Shown here: positions 47,201 to 62,200 of the stretch, piece by piece
Layout of the letters: each line of letters opens with the position of its first letter
Position numbering within the stretch: the first letter of the stretch is position 1
Assembly: GCA_051294905.1 (NCBI GenBank)
Contig: CM119372.1
Location: forward strand, 6,696,001-6,760,000
Direction of reading: 5' to 3'
Length of the DNA stretch: 64,000 nucleotides
DNA from: Botryllus schlosseri
Taxonomy: Eukaryota
Notes under the pieces: generated by a model
The model's database searches: none
The model's input: the letters and a program-made list of their open reading frames with translations, nothing else
What the model was told of the DNA's origin: nothing
Program-made: the position numbers and the translations under genes

Positions 47201-50200
47201 GCATCACCACAAGTTTTCTTCCCGTACACCACAACTAAAGAGTTCAACGAACAGGTCAGCTCCAAGTAATTCAATGCCAGTGCTAATCATTATACGGACA
47301 TTTGCAGATTCACGGGTAACATATTTCCGAGCTATTACTGCCACTGTTTGCATTCATAAATGCTGAGGTATGTCACAATTTTCCGATCGGAAATCCGAAA
47401 TCTATTATTTGTCGACATGAAGTAAGGTAGGCTAGCAAATATTTTTACATCGCATATTTCTGATTGCGACAATCGCCCGCTATCACTTTACAAACAAATG
47501 GTACATGGCACGAGATGTCAGGGGTGGCCAGGGGGTGTTTCCAGAGGTGGTCAAAGTAGTCGGTGCTCAAGTAGAAGTAGAAGTAACATCGTAAATTTAT
47601 ACTCGAGTGTAGGTAGATGTAGCTATTTCCAAGTAAGTAAAAAAGTAAGTAGTGTAGGCGTAGTTTTGCTGACAACTTCAATATACATCAATGAATGTTG
47701 ATATACACAGTACTTTTGACATCTTTACTAGTTGCTGACGATTACCCTTGACGATTACTGTTTTTAGTTTATTCTATGCCAAAGCATATCGTATTATGGC
47801 TACAAAGCTATTAAAATAAATGCTCTGAAGTTTTTGAAATGTGAGTTAAGCCAAGTGCCATATTTCTGCTTATCGGGTGAATATATGGACGTGAGGGTTC
47901 GAGTGATCGCTTTTATGGGAAAAACCCGATACATGTCTGCTTCTACCAGTGTTGGGATCAAGTCACTACCTTCGAATCACGAGTCATCTCGAGTCATTGC
48001 ACATTTTGACTCGAGTCAAGTCAAGTCACTCGTTTTTTGGAGGTGACTCGAGTCAAGTCAAGTCAAGTCAAGTCGAGTCACGAGTCAAGTCATAATTCAA
48101 GTCAAATTGAATTTTCGAAGTATCAGTGACGATTCAAAGTCATTACATTTTGCTAGCTGTGTGAAAGACATAATAATTGACCATTTATCTTGAATCAAAT
48201 AACTAATATAAAGTTAAATATGCCTGCAAGAAGGCGTTGTATCGCTCACGCGCACTTAGAACTGCAAATACAATACATGAGTTACTGTACAGCCACATGC
48301 AACAGTCTGTTATTAGCAGCCAATTGGCTCGAAGCCTCGAGAAGTTTAACAAATTGATACGGTACAATACACTACCCATCTGTGAGAAAATAAACGCACA
48401 AACTATATTCGCTCGATTTAAATCATACAAGAGGGTTGGTACAGGCGATCACTGCGGAATGTAAGCACTGGGCCGTCTAAGAAACAGAGATACGTTGTTA
48501 TGAGGCTAATGCGTTAATCTATTGCTACTCCTCTCCTACTAACAACGTAAGGTGTGATCATTACGTTTGTGGTCAATTTATTTGTGGTGTAACAATAGAG
48601 GATCAGTGATACGTACAATCAGCGAATGACTGGTTACTCTCGCAAGTGACATAGCAGGCGTATCGCGCACAATACCAACATTCACAAAATACATTTCATT
48701 AATCAATACCGTTTACTTGATGACTCGAAATTGACTCGTAAATTTTGCTTCGAGTCACGAGTCAATTCGCATTTTTGAAGAGCCGAGTCAAGTCAAGTCA
48801 AGTCATTTTTGCAAAGTGATTCGAGTCAAGTCAAGTCATACGAAAAAGTTGACTCGAGTCTGACTCGAGTCAAGTCATGACTCGAGTCATCCCAACACTG
48901 GCTTCTACTTACCACATTCGTACGAAGGACAGCACCCGTCGTGTTCCGTGTGAAGATATTCGATATCCGAGCAAACCGGGGGCGACGGGCACGGCTTTTG
49001 ATGCGTGTCGCACACGCAGTCGTATTCTGGCACGCATTGGTCTTCATCCACTCGATCGGCTACTTCTCCGTTTGCCGGACAGGACGGTATTTGCACAGTG
49101 TGGCAGTCGCCGCTGCCGTGGCCACTCATGTAGTCGCACACTAAAGTAAATTTACCGAATTAAAAAGCGGTTCGCTATGGGGCACTCAGTATTTATTCTA
49201 ACTCACCGCACTCGTACACCGGGCAGCACGGGTCGCTTCCGGCAACTTGCTGCAATACCTCACACTGGCCGCAAGTCGGCTTGATTGGCGACCAGTCGCT
49301 CGGACAGCTCATTGCGTTGCAGGCGAATTGTTGCCCTTCCATGCAAGTGCATATCGTGCAGCCGTCGCCGGGTGGGATAACGCTTTGTCCGAGCTGTATG
49401 AAGATGTAAAATGAAACATAACATATCTTACGATTTTTCGCAATAAAGCAGACTTCGACAATGCTAGTTGTCTGGTATACAATACAAATATATATATTTG
49501 CCATTCTCATAATACGAGAATGAACACTGAACAGACTTGATATGATATGAACTCAAAGTGATTTTTCTGCATTTCCTTCCAATTAGGACGCTAACTCAAT
49601 TTCCGTGTTTTTGCGAATTCAGAAATTCTAATTCGGCTATAGTTTGAAAAAAACTGTGCAGCCATAATTCTACTTATAAAATTTAGAAAAGACGTCAACT
49701 TTCTAGTTGTGCAATCCCACAATGAAGCGCACATCTATACCTCTATGACATCTCCGTTTTCGTCCGTGCAGTCCGTGCAAGTTTTAGTAGGCAAGCATTC
49801 GCCGTCCACCAAGACGGTGCCGTCAGGGCAAAAGCACCCTTCCACCAATTCGTCCTCTGCGCAAGACGTGCCCGAGTTGAACTCATCGCACGTATCCTCG
49901 CAGTTGGGTCGGCAAGCTTGGTAGACGCGGTTGTCCTCGCATGTCATAGCTGTTTATTACAAAGCATGATTGGGTACACTGCGGTTTTTGCTTTGATATA
50001 ATGCAACTCGCATACGGCATACGTCCGAAGTTCTCCAGTCGATGCAGGCTCCTTCGTGCAGACATATTTGCGCGTAACCGTATACCGCGTCGCAGTAGCT
50101 GTAATTTCCGCAGCCCGTGTCGTATTGGCAGATTTTGAAAAATGCTACAGGGTCGACAAGAGCGTGGCAGGCCTGATGATTGAAACGAAAGTTGTTTGTT

Positions 50201-53200
50201 TATTTTGCGTTGTACCTGGTACGTTCACTTTGCAGTCTATTTTTGGGTTTACAGCAGTTACTTTTTACTTTACTTATATTTAACCAGTACCAATATACCA
50301 ATGATAACTACTTGACCATCTCTGGGTCTCGGAGTAGCCGAGTCAACGATCGTACCTATTCCTCTAGTAATGTTAAGATCCCGAAAATTGTCGACAAAAA
50401 TGTCGAATAACTCAACACACCTCGAATACCGGCGAGAGAATAATCTCGCACTCCTTAGATGGCGGGTTGGGGCAAATCGGTGGCGGGTTGAAGCATGACT
50501 TGGATCTGTGCCCGACCAACCAGCTTTCGCCGAACTCCTCGATGTCGGTAGTGATCTGTCCGTCTCTCTTTGTCAGCTCATCCGACTGGTCGTTGTTGCA
50601 AATGCCTAATCATAAAAGTTAAACTATTAGAGAATTCTTCAAGTGCACCGATAGGGTAGAATTGGATCGTTCGCGTCTATAACATTACGACTGAGTACTC
50701 GCAGTAGATTGACTGAAGTATAGAGGATTACGAAATTGATTATGTCACCTATGTTTCTTTACCATCATAACTACTGCACGCGAGTGTATATTTGTGTATA
50801 TATTAGCCTATAATGTCATGCTTGGTGGCTTGACATGAAGGGTCTTAAGCAAGCCAAACGCTGGGAATGTGCAATAATCTTGAACGTTTTAGTGTGACTA
50901 AATGACATCACCATGGTATGTGTAGCAATATGCTGTTTTCGTGGAGGCAAGTTTTAACGAAGACCTACCACTCATTCTACAATGAAGTAGCGATCATCCC
51001 CGTCCTATATATAGATTGATCCATGACAGTCATGACAAGTTCATCACAAGTCAATCAGCTCATACGTACCGCACAAACCCTCCGTGTTATCATAAGCGTA
51101 ACTCCACGGCAGCTCCAACGACCAACTGTAGTCCTTCCCGGTGTACGTGAACACCATATCGATTGCTGGAATAGTCACTTCGAACAGAACAGTGCCTCTC
51201 AATTGGATGTATATCCCGTTGATCTCAGCTGGCAGATTGGAAACCGCATCAGCCGGTGGTCCTCCGTTAACAGTGAACTGTTGGGAATGAAGCATTTGAG
51301 CGCAAGTGCTAAGGTATCGAGTATGTCGTGTGATATACCGTGTAGTCGTTGATCAGTTGGATTTCGGTGTGGTTGAATTTGATCGTCACCATCCTCGTGC
51401 ATGTGGTTTCGGGCGCCTCCTCGCATACCACGTTTTGCATAAAGATCTGCGTTACGAAATCAAGACACATGAACATTTCGTTTGCGCACTTTCGATGTGC
51501 ATTGCATTTCATATAAATTCGAAACGATCCATGCAAGAATGGGAGGTAATTTAAGCAGAGATATGGCTCGTAAGAAATAATAAAGTTAATAACAATTAAT
51601 TCAAGCGACCCAGATTGCTTGGATTCGCCACCTTATGCGTCGGCAGTAGGTCTACAATTCAAGATCCTACAGCTAATTTATATTATTAGGCTTCCCATAA
51701 AGTGCTTGAGACTAAAATTGCCTACAAGTAGCTGACAGAGTGACAGTTACCCCTCGTGAGAGTCAGCCGGAAATTTTAACGTATATTTCAATACCAATAT
51801 GTTATGCAATCATAAAATCAAGATTTGCACCGAGGAAATAATATATCCTAGTTTTTTTTCTTTCTCTTTGATGACGCATATTCCAATAGCAGCCTTTAAA
51901 TAACATAGCGAAAATTCTTAGCTCAACATCTAGTAATCAGTAATGCTACCAGGGATATTTAGAACTCATCCCTGGATGTGGATACTACCGAGAAGTGTTA
52001 TGCATGTGACTGCACAAGCACATGTATTGACGTACCTGGTAGTCATAGTGAGAAAAGTGTTTCGTCTCCGTCATTGAGCTACTCTGGTAGAACGAGCTGC
52101 CAGAGTTGCGAGCCAAAACGAAGGTGCAGTCTCCTTGGAACGGGTAGTAAAAACCGTCGAAAGTGAAGAAATGCGGGTCGCCTTGACCGAAGCAAAAGCC
52201 TGTAACGAAAGCAAGACGTTTTTCACATTGCCCACAGCAACAGATTCTCATCGAATATACATTTGCATTCCCAGTGGCAGGAGCACCCGTCGTCGACGGC
52301 GACAGGTTGGAAGTTGTTCACGCACACAGGCTTAGGCTGCGAATCGCAAGTCTTTTTCTTGTCGACACTGTCAATTATGCATACGTTTTCCGACGTTTCG
52401 ACGCACGTCATGTCGACGCACAGCGACGGGTCGTCTCTCATTGGCCACGTTTCTCCAGGTAGATGGTCTTCACCCTGTCGGTACGAGAGGCATATGTTAA
52501 TATTGCGTAAAGCAGGGTGAGCGATACAGGCCTGCCGATTCGTGGTAAAGATAACGTACATTGTACAGTACTCGTACAGTAAATGTTCCCGAACGCCTGC
52601 TCGTGCACACTAGGTTATGCGTATTGTATATGAATAGGTTGACACTATATACTCGGAATGAGCTTGAAGATTGACAGTTCAGACTAGGTGGTATAAAGTA
52701 AACTCTCTCTTCAAATTTCCGACTTTGACATTACTTGCCTATCCCTGGCTGAATCCCCAAAGAGAAATTAAAGGTAAGTGAATCTCTGCCAACATCGTGC
52801 GGCAAGTTAGCAGAGGAACATTTGATAACAGTTAGCGAGTAAGTAGTACGCACCTGGCTATCTGTGCAAACACAAAATTGTGGAGGCGTCGGCGACGGAG
52901 TTGTTGGCTCTTCTGTAGTCGTTGATATGGTCGTGGTCGTAGGCTCCGGCGTAGTAGTAGGCGGCGGAATTACAGGGCAGCTGGCTTCAGGAATACAGCT
53001 CGAACTGTCATAGTCCCAGACTTCATCTGCAACAACACATCCGAACTATCATCACAAAACAAGACTTCAACAACCACACTGTAACGCACCGTCTTTGCAT
53101 TCCACGTAGCAGCCTTCCAGTTTCGGCCACGGGCATGATGTGGGATTCGGGTCTTCGCAAGTCGGCGGGCATGGATTGCCGCATGTTTCATATTTCCATT

Positions 53201-56200
53201 CGCACTCGTAGTCGCCGCTGCCACTGCCGTATCCGGGATCGTAGGCTTCGCACATGACCGGGCAGATGTCGGGCTGACGCCACACCACGCATATATCCTG
53301 GGCGGCGCACGCCTAAAAGGGACATACAGTTCGGTGTAGAGAGGAGCAGCACTGGACTGAATTCGTCAAGGAAAATGAGCACAGTATGAAGCAGAATGAC
53401 TGAATCAATAAAAGCCTGCGTGTTTATCCCAATTGCATATAAACGGAGCAAACATTTCAATTGTACTGCAGCAGGTTCCCAACAAGGCGCCATGAGCCCT
53501 TTGCAGGATGACCAATTTTCCATGACCAAGCGTTACAAAATTCGAAATAATTTATCATCTTTATTAGTCTATTCCGTTACAACAAAATAACCGATTTAAA
53601 ATAAGCTACTAAGCTAAGGTTAGGAGTTTACGTATTTTTGTTACTTTTCGATTTATTAATATTAATATTTAACTGTTATCGTAATAGCTATCCTCTCTAC
53701 AAGATATCGTGAATGTGGCTATTCAAAAATGTTACTTACGAAGACAAAACAGTGCAGTGTCGTGGATATTCAATACGACGCGAGGCTAGTTTTTTTTCAC
53801 GTCCAAACCAGCAATTAAAACATTGTTGGAGCGAAAACAAACTCAACCTTCACATGTGTAATAATAATTAATGTAGTATAATATACATCGCGTGTTGCAT
53901 TTATATCGCTTTATCATTCTAACGAACGTTTACTGTGTATACCCGTTAATAGCATTTCTTAATTTTTTCAGAAGGTCAAAAAATTCGGGAATCGTTGATT
54001 TGTCAAAATTTTCAAATGGGGTCGAGGTGTAAAAAGGTTGGCAGTCCCTGCGATATAGTATCAGAGTTGGATTTGTTTCTATAACGCTATACTAAGTCGC
54101 AAGTTGGATTTTACCTGAGAGTACGCAGCGACAGCCGAGCAGAAGCATTCGCAGTCGCCTCCAAAGTCGCATCCGCAAGTATCGTACAGGCAGTTATCAT
54201 AAAACGGTTGCGGGTCAACGGTGCCGTGGCAGTCAGCGAACACGTCGCTCAAAATAATACCGCACTTCTTCTTCGACCAGGGCAGTCTCTGGGAATGCTC
54301 TTCGCACGGGTGGGGCTTCTGCTGCATGTTCGGGCAGGTTTCGATGAGCTAAAATGCAACGATATGGTGTGACGTAGCGCCGCACATGTAATGTTGAATA
54401 TTTGTACCTTCCAGTCGTTTCCAAACACGTTCGGGTCCGCGACGATGTCACCATCGCTGGTTTGCATGTCGTTGCTTTCGTCGTAGTCGAAGTTACCGCA
54501 CAGACCGCACACCTGAAAGTTGGAAGTTAACGGGGAATGATTGTCCTCTGTATAGTACTTCTATATTTGCTGCTTAGTTATAAAATGTCTTGAAAATTGC
54601 TGCTTCTATATATAATTGAGTAACAATTTACGACAATACTACTACAGTCTAGTCTACTTGCATAGCCACGCCTAATACATTGACCGCCTCTGCTTACATG
54701 GTAGCCTACTCATACCATATAAATAAACCGTTTGCATAACCGCTTCATAAATAATCACCTTTCCGGAATGCCTAGAATCCAGTTGCACTTTGATTCCATT
54801 GTCGCCATTCCACAACACCGAAACGCCAATGTTTGTTTCCAAGATATAGTAAATGCTGCCTTTCCTTACGGTGTACTGCACTGGGACTTGAAGAGCCGCG
54901 TTAGTCACGTTTCCGTAACTGACAACCTACAACCGCAAAGATTCTATACTTTCCGAGCCGTTGAAAAATTGATATCTCGCCACTTACCGCGTCTCCGTCT
55001 CCTTTGATGAAGTGGATGGAATGCTGGTGAAGGTACACGGTTACAGATTTAGTACACGTGACATCCGTATTTCCGCATGGAATATTTTCAACCACGACAC
55101 GAAACGATCCGCCCTTCTGCCCGTTGCAGACGTCTTGAACTAATGTATAAGAGCAGGCGCCCTGAATCCAATGAATGTTACAATTACTTGACTCAGACAT
55201 TTTCCTATTAGCTTATATATGAACCTGGAAGTCGTAAGTGAGACCGTCGAAGGTTGTGTAGTGCGGGTCTCCGATAGCTGAGCATTCGGCAGAGCACGCG
55301 TCCTGTGAGCACGACCAACGCCCGTTTGAGCATTCGCAAGTATTGCATTTTTCCTTTCTGGTCTCGCCCGGCATGAAAGTCTTGCCATTGAAAGCGCAAG
55401 TGCACCTATCCAACGTGACGCAGGTGTGTGTGTGTTCATCTGCGACAGAAGCGCTGGTGTGATTTTCAGATTTCGTCAGTAGTTAGCGATGACGTATGGG
55501 CTACTTCTAGTTATTCGCAGTACTCAAGTAGGTCTTGCAAACTCCCACTACTCACTCAAGTCGTTATGTATTTGTACGTTGTACTTCGAGTTGTAGCCTA
55601 CTTAAGAAACTACTTACTTTATATAATTTGGATTTCGTAAAGTATAAAGTAGTTTGAAATAACCTCTGTATCGCGGAACGTTATTTCTGCATGAGTACCC
55701 ATATGCTGACTATTTGAAAACTTACGGTGAATTTACATAACATTTACCGAGTTACTTCTGGCTCCACATGAGCTACATCGCTGACTATTTGTACTCCTGT
55801 AACGATCTTACAAAGGATACAATACCGAGACGCTAGATCTTACCAAGGACGAATCCAGCAGGACAGGAGCATCCGGAAATGCACTGCGCGACCTGAGCCT
55901 CGCAGAGCGCGTTGGTGGGATGGGCGCAAGTGTATTTGCACGCGAGTCCTTTCGATGAGGACGAGGCGGCCGTTCGGCAGTCGAAGTATTCAAAGTTGGA
56001 TTCGCAAGAGAAGTGCGAGTGCGTGTTGTTGACGCAGTGCATTTTGCCTTTCTCGCAAGTGCTGTTAAGCATAAACATGTCACTTATCGTATAGCTAGAA
56101 AGGTATTCTGTGGCATTTCCACGGAGCATTCCCGTTTCGAGTGAGCTTATACGGACACGGGTCGGCGCGATAAATATGGGTGTAACCAAACTATCTCATC

Positions 56201-59200
56201 CGTGCGTGGACTCTGTCGGCAAATATCGTATTATCCGAATTGATAATAGCGAGACAATAGCGTTTGGGGAACCATTGAGAATTGAACTAGACTTTGTTAG
56301 ATGACGCTTATGTACAATAGCATATTTCCTTACCAAGAGACTCCTTCCAAGTCCAATTTTTGCCCAGCCTCGTACACTCTACCGTGGTATGTGCACTCGC
56401 ACTTTGCGATCTCAACGCATTTTCCGTCTTCGGCCAGGTAAGTGCCCTCCGGACAGAAGCATCCGGGGCTGCACGTGCCGCAAGTCATAGAAGCGTCGCC
56501 TAGGGCTTGGCAGGTTGAATCGCAGAGCGACCCGCATTCGCGGTATTCTTGCCCGCCGCTGCACGACACGGCTGAAATTTCAAAGTCATATACTCAGTCT
56601 CTAACACAGTACTTCTCGACTGGGGTGCCGTTTGGCCTGATCAAGGATGCCGTGAGATAATGGGGTGATGAGGGTTGTCGTCGACATATAACAAAAAAAT
56701 AAGGACAATCAAATTCTGAGTGCTCAGCATTTGGGAAGCTTATGACTAAAAAGGCCACCAATAAGTACCCGCCATCTGGAAATGAGACCGAGATTAGGGC
56801 TATAGTAAAGAACGTAGAAGAGGACGCTTGTATTTCAATCCTTGATATTTTTGCTGCATACATACCGAATCATGTGCCTAGCAGCGCATGTTTGATATAC
56901 ATATACTATACACACCATCACATCAACCATGCGTGCATGATGTGCAAGTGCATATGCTGCAGACAAGGAAGTTTCAGTAATGGTCTTATAACGCTTTCCA
57001 AGTCCTGCACCATGGGCCAAAGCCAATAGTGACGACCTTATTTTGTCGGCAAGATCAGCATATGTTCACGAACACTGAACAGTGGTATTCATGACCATTC
57101 TTAGTCACCAGCTTCCCAAATCACACATTTCAAGATACTCAATATGCTAGAGTGTAACGAACTATTTATCCCTTTCAGAGGGTGCCGCGAGCTCAAGGAC
57201 AGAAACCATTGGTCAAATCCAATGATTTTTAAACTGTGTGCTGCCACAGATCCTCCGGTGTGCCAGGAATATTTTTGGCAGAACCGGCGTTTAAACGCTA
57301 TTTCTAAAAAAAATGGATAACTGCAGGCTGATGTAGGTTCTATGTGTACAAGTAATAAAATATTTTTGAAGTAGCTTTTTCTCTCTAAGTGTGTCGAGAG
57401 AGTTCTATAATTTGTCGAGCTCGCAACAAATTGAAAAGGCTCAGGAACCAGTGGTCTAATGAGATCAATACGTCTGCTGGTAATTATTTGAGAGAAACAC
57501 TCACGGCAATAAGACGCGTTCCTCCATTGTACCACTACGCCGTTTTTGGAGCATTCCCTCGCGTAATCGGCAACGGCATCGCATGCGCAGCCATCGGTGA
57601 CACCGTAGCATCGACAAGCGTCATTTCTACAACGAAAAGCACGGGTTTACCGTTACCATGATCGCGTAATCTTCAGTCGCTGGATAACTATACCTGCAGT
57701 TGTGATAGTACAAATTCCAATCGACAACGGCGTGACATGCGCTGAATCCGGCTCCCTTGATCGCAGAGCACATGAGTTCGGAGTAGGCGTCTTGCTCCTG
57801 GCTCAGTTGGCACGAGTCGGGCAGGATAGGTTGTGCGTCGCCGCATTCAGAGTTGATCTAAGACGATAGGGTTGTTGACTATCTTATTGTCGTAAGGTGT
57901 ATGTGCTATACAATAATTGGCTGATTCGTTTCACAATTTTTATATAGTAGACTGACTGAAATTCTTGAAAATGATAGACCAGTCTACGATGCAAATGTGT
58001 ATAGATATGGAGACAATTCAACTGCCCTTACATCCAATGAATGAAGCGTAAAATTAAGGATTTATTAGTTACATGTGAACTAGACTACGCATATTGCGCC
58101 TTCAGCTACTCGGGCAATATGTTTCCAAGGCGTTACCAGCGGTGTATTGTTGACAAGCATCGGTCGTCCATAATACTGCGTTGGTGAAATCTTTGCGCGA
58201 ATGTTTGCGAACTGGGCAGTTCCGCCGGAATGATTAAGTTCATGGAAATTGTTAGGGGATAGAGGTATTGCTAAAGTTAGCACTATCTCATCATAAATCA
58301 TGTGTAGCCATCGTGCGTGCACGTTGACTATATGTGGATAACATTACCATCGGAAAATATCTGATTCTCCCAGAAATGCCGGCGATCCCTATCGCCTATT
58401 TTCGTCTAAGAGGGAGGGAACACTGTCACCGCTCAACAAGGCCAAATATTTAATCCACAGGTATGAATCCAAAATAGTTGTAGGTATGGATGATGGAAAT
58501 GCGATATTTATCAGTCGCCAATCTCCGTGACTGCGTCTAATTTCCTCATATCAAGATATATCAGGATACGGCCGTTTATACCTTCCACGAATTTCCAAAA
58601 GCGGTCGATCCTACGACCACAACGCCTTGCGGCGTCAGGAAATCATCGGTGGACCTGGCGTTGAAGTTTCCGCACATTCCGCACAATTTATTCTTCCATG
58701 TCGGATCAGCCTGAATGAATATGCCAATCGCATGTAATCCATTAATTTTATCTTGTAAATTTATATACTTACCCTGACGTATACTCTCATTTTCCCGTCC
58801 CATTCGACTTCAATTCCGTTCGCACTTCTGAGGCGTATCACGAGGTTGGAAAGCCTTTCGATGGAGATGTCACCTGCAATGAATCGTAGTCAGCAATTGG
58901 AGTGAGATCGTTGAGATCTACATACTAAGTAAGTTTCATTATTCCAAGCGGTATTACCAGACAAACAGTAAATATATGCTCAGGTTTTATTTAAACTGTC
59001 GAGTCGTATCTCCATAATAAATACTGAAGTATTGGTACCTTATGCCACAGTGCGATTTCTCTTAAAATGTCTTATACATAAGGGCGCTTTGAATGTACTC
59101 GTGACAGATTTTGTTAGAGTAAAATCGGATTTGGTACGACGTGATAACACCGATATCTAGGACTGAATAACGATATGCGCTATGTTATGTACTTAAATTG

Positions 59201-62200
59201 CAAATGCAATTTTACCGTGACTGTATGGTAACGACACGCTGACTTCGTCAACAGAGACGGATTCTCCTTCTCCCAATTGGTACTTATGACGTCCTAGCGG
59301 ACCGTCGGTGACCAGCACGACGGCTTTGGTGCAATATCCACCGACTCCGCAAGCCACATTTTGAGCAGTAGCCTGAATAAACGAACGAGTGATATATTTG
59401 GGACAACTCGGAAGATTCTCAAATCATCTCCATACCGCGAACGTGAAGTTATTTTCGCCGCATCCGTCGGTGGCGAGCACGTACTGGCATTTTCCGTCGA
59501 AGTTGTATTTCTTGCCGTCGAAAGTACGGAAATGCGGGTCCCCGGTAATAGCGCACTCGCCAACGCAAGGCAAGTTGTCGCAGTTCCACGCGCCGTCGAC
59601 GCACGTACTGTTCGAAACATATAGCCTCTTACTTGAACTATACTTACCCAAGTCGTTATGTTATGTTTTTAGAGTATACTTCCATTTCCAACAATTTATA
59701 GGGAGAACTTTTTCTACTTAGTAATTTACAATTAAATAGTATATTCATATTGAAATGAACCCGAATATTTTCGGCTGACACTCAGTAATTTGTAAACTAT
59801 AAAGTAGTTTCGGGATATGTGTGCATAAATTATGAGTGGAATTGTAATGGAAACTTGGGGAAATAATCTCGGTAGCACGGCAAATGAATAGAATTTCGAC
59901 AATTGTACATATTTATAGTATACCTACTTATTGCGTTATTGCGTTAGTTACGAAGGGCCACCTCGCGATTTCGAAAGTACCCACCTCCGCTTAACTGCTA
60001 AAAGTATGCGAGCCATCGACCAAATCTACTTTTTAAAAATACTTCGTTATGTACCTTTCAGATCATCATTTTCTATTACTAATTAAAGTGCTTCTTGAAG
60101 GTACAAAACTTCAATATACACGATTGAATATGAATCCGAATGTTTTCGGCTGACAGTCGTCAGGGGTAATCGTCAGCAACTAGTAAAGAAGTGGAAAGAA
60201 CATGTGAATAAGCTCAATGTACTATTTTAGATGGTACACGAAGTCCCTGTAAAGCACGGACATGATTTGGGTATTTTGATAGAAGTCAACTTCAAGCCAC
60301 CCACATGAACGGGTGAACGGCCTATTTTAAGTAGTTTTGACATGTTTTCGAAAGCGCTACTTCTACTTGCAATTGAGTAGAAATTTACAGCGTTACTTCT
60401 ACTTCTCCACGTGCAACACGAGAAACTTATAACTTGCACATGATTACTGCTGCATTACCATTCTTCGCATTCAGTCGATCGGAGTTCTCCGTTCTTGTAG
60501 GACACGCCGTTGTGAACGCAAGAGCATTGGTTTTCCGGCACGCACTCCGCGCCATCCAGCACCGTGCCTTCCGGACAGAAGCAGCCGTCTACGCATCTGA
60601 CTTCGCACGACATCTGCTGCAAGCGATTTCGGCAGGTTCGCGGGCATGGCGATCCGCACTCTTTGTATATTCTTCCACCGCTGCACTGCTTTCCTGTGGG
60701 GTAACATATTCGATGAGAGACGAGGTATACGAGCACCACTCGATTCTACACTGGACCTATATAGCCACTCAGCAATAACTCAAGTTGAGTAGGTTGAAAG
60801 TTACAATTATGGTGACGTAATTGTAACTGATATTAATCTTGTCCCTTCTCTAATGGGAATTGAGTTGTTAACTGTATGGCGGCTGCTATTCACTGAGTTT
60901 GTATTCACTGGTCAGTAACCTTTACGGAATACCGAAGTAGGTTTTGCTTGATTACTTGTGTACTTGTATACTTGTTCAAGTGGTTATGTTTTAGGCCCCT
61001 CCCACTACTACTCAAACAGTTCTTTAGGCAAAACTCTTTTCAATATGCATTTTGAAAAGTGAAAAGTAGTCTAAACTTTACCTAACTAAAGTTCACGTGA
61101 CTTCACGAGTGAAGTTGTCATAAAAACCTTGCGAAATAGCCTTTGTATCACTGTCACTATAAATATGCGTATATTTGAAGTATTATCTTATTACTATTGT
61201 CATTATTATCGCTTTGCGTAAGTCACGAATTCGAATATACATATTGCAATATCGAATCAGCCAACTCGGATTACCGACAAAAAGCATGCGACCCCTTGAC
61301 GAAATCTACTTCTTCGAAGTACTTACTCGAGAAATGTCTGTTACCAGTATATAATTAGAAATTTATGGCATCAGTTCTACTTCTACTTGAGTAGCAACGA
61401 TGAATACCTTTATTACCTCTGGCTTATTTATCCATCACCTCCTTTGTGTTATAAGTTAACCGGTTACATATTTATATTTCGTGCCATATAGGAGTAATAT
61501 AGGCGGGTTGTGGTCTACTACAGAGGTATACTACAGAACTGCTTACAAATTCCGTAAAGAATACCTAGATTCTACTCACCGCAATATTCTTCCGTTCTCC
61601 AGTTGTCGACCTTGGCTCCCCTGGCGACGCACAGTCTGCTGAACTGCGTCAAAGCGGAGCAAATGCAGCTAGTGTAGTCGCTTTGGCATTGGCACACCGA
61701 CATGAGGCAAAGCTCGTTAAAAGTCGCGTCGGAAACGTATCCGGAACACGAGCTGAAGGCGTCTTCTTCTTTCAGTTGCATGCAGATGGAGGCTGCGTCC
61801 TAAGAGAGATGGTTCCTTGTGAATTATGCCTTTTGATGGCTGAAGGTGACACTGGGGCACTCAAAAATGAGCCTTGTCACGGTTGTCCTTCCATAATGTG
61901 GTAACAAGCTGCGATGTGATCGATTTTGTTCTCAATCGTATTAGTGACCTATATATTATATGTATTGTACAGCCGGTGCGACAATATGAGTTTCGTTTGT
62001 CATCACTACGACCACTGAAACTTCAGTTGCATTTGTTGGAATACGCCACATGAACCTTGGCGACCACTGTAAATGCCAGGCCTTAGTTGAAGAAACATGG
62101 CAAACGATATTTACTTCCAGTTCTTTAGCAGATAAAGCTGAACAGTAGTGAGTCACATCAGGCGTGGAGCAGGTATTGGATTGCTCTCTGATCTGCCAAC

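Noticed and set aside
48000-48110. Regularly repeated gactcgagtcaagtca units resembling a CRISPR or iteron array
   Set aside because: There are no unique spacers, the context is eukaryotic, and the units lie inside TIR/TSD-bounded elements.
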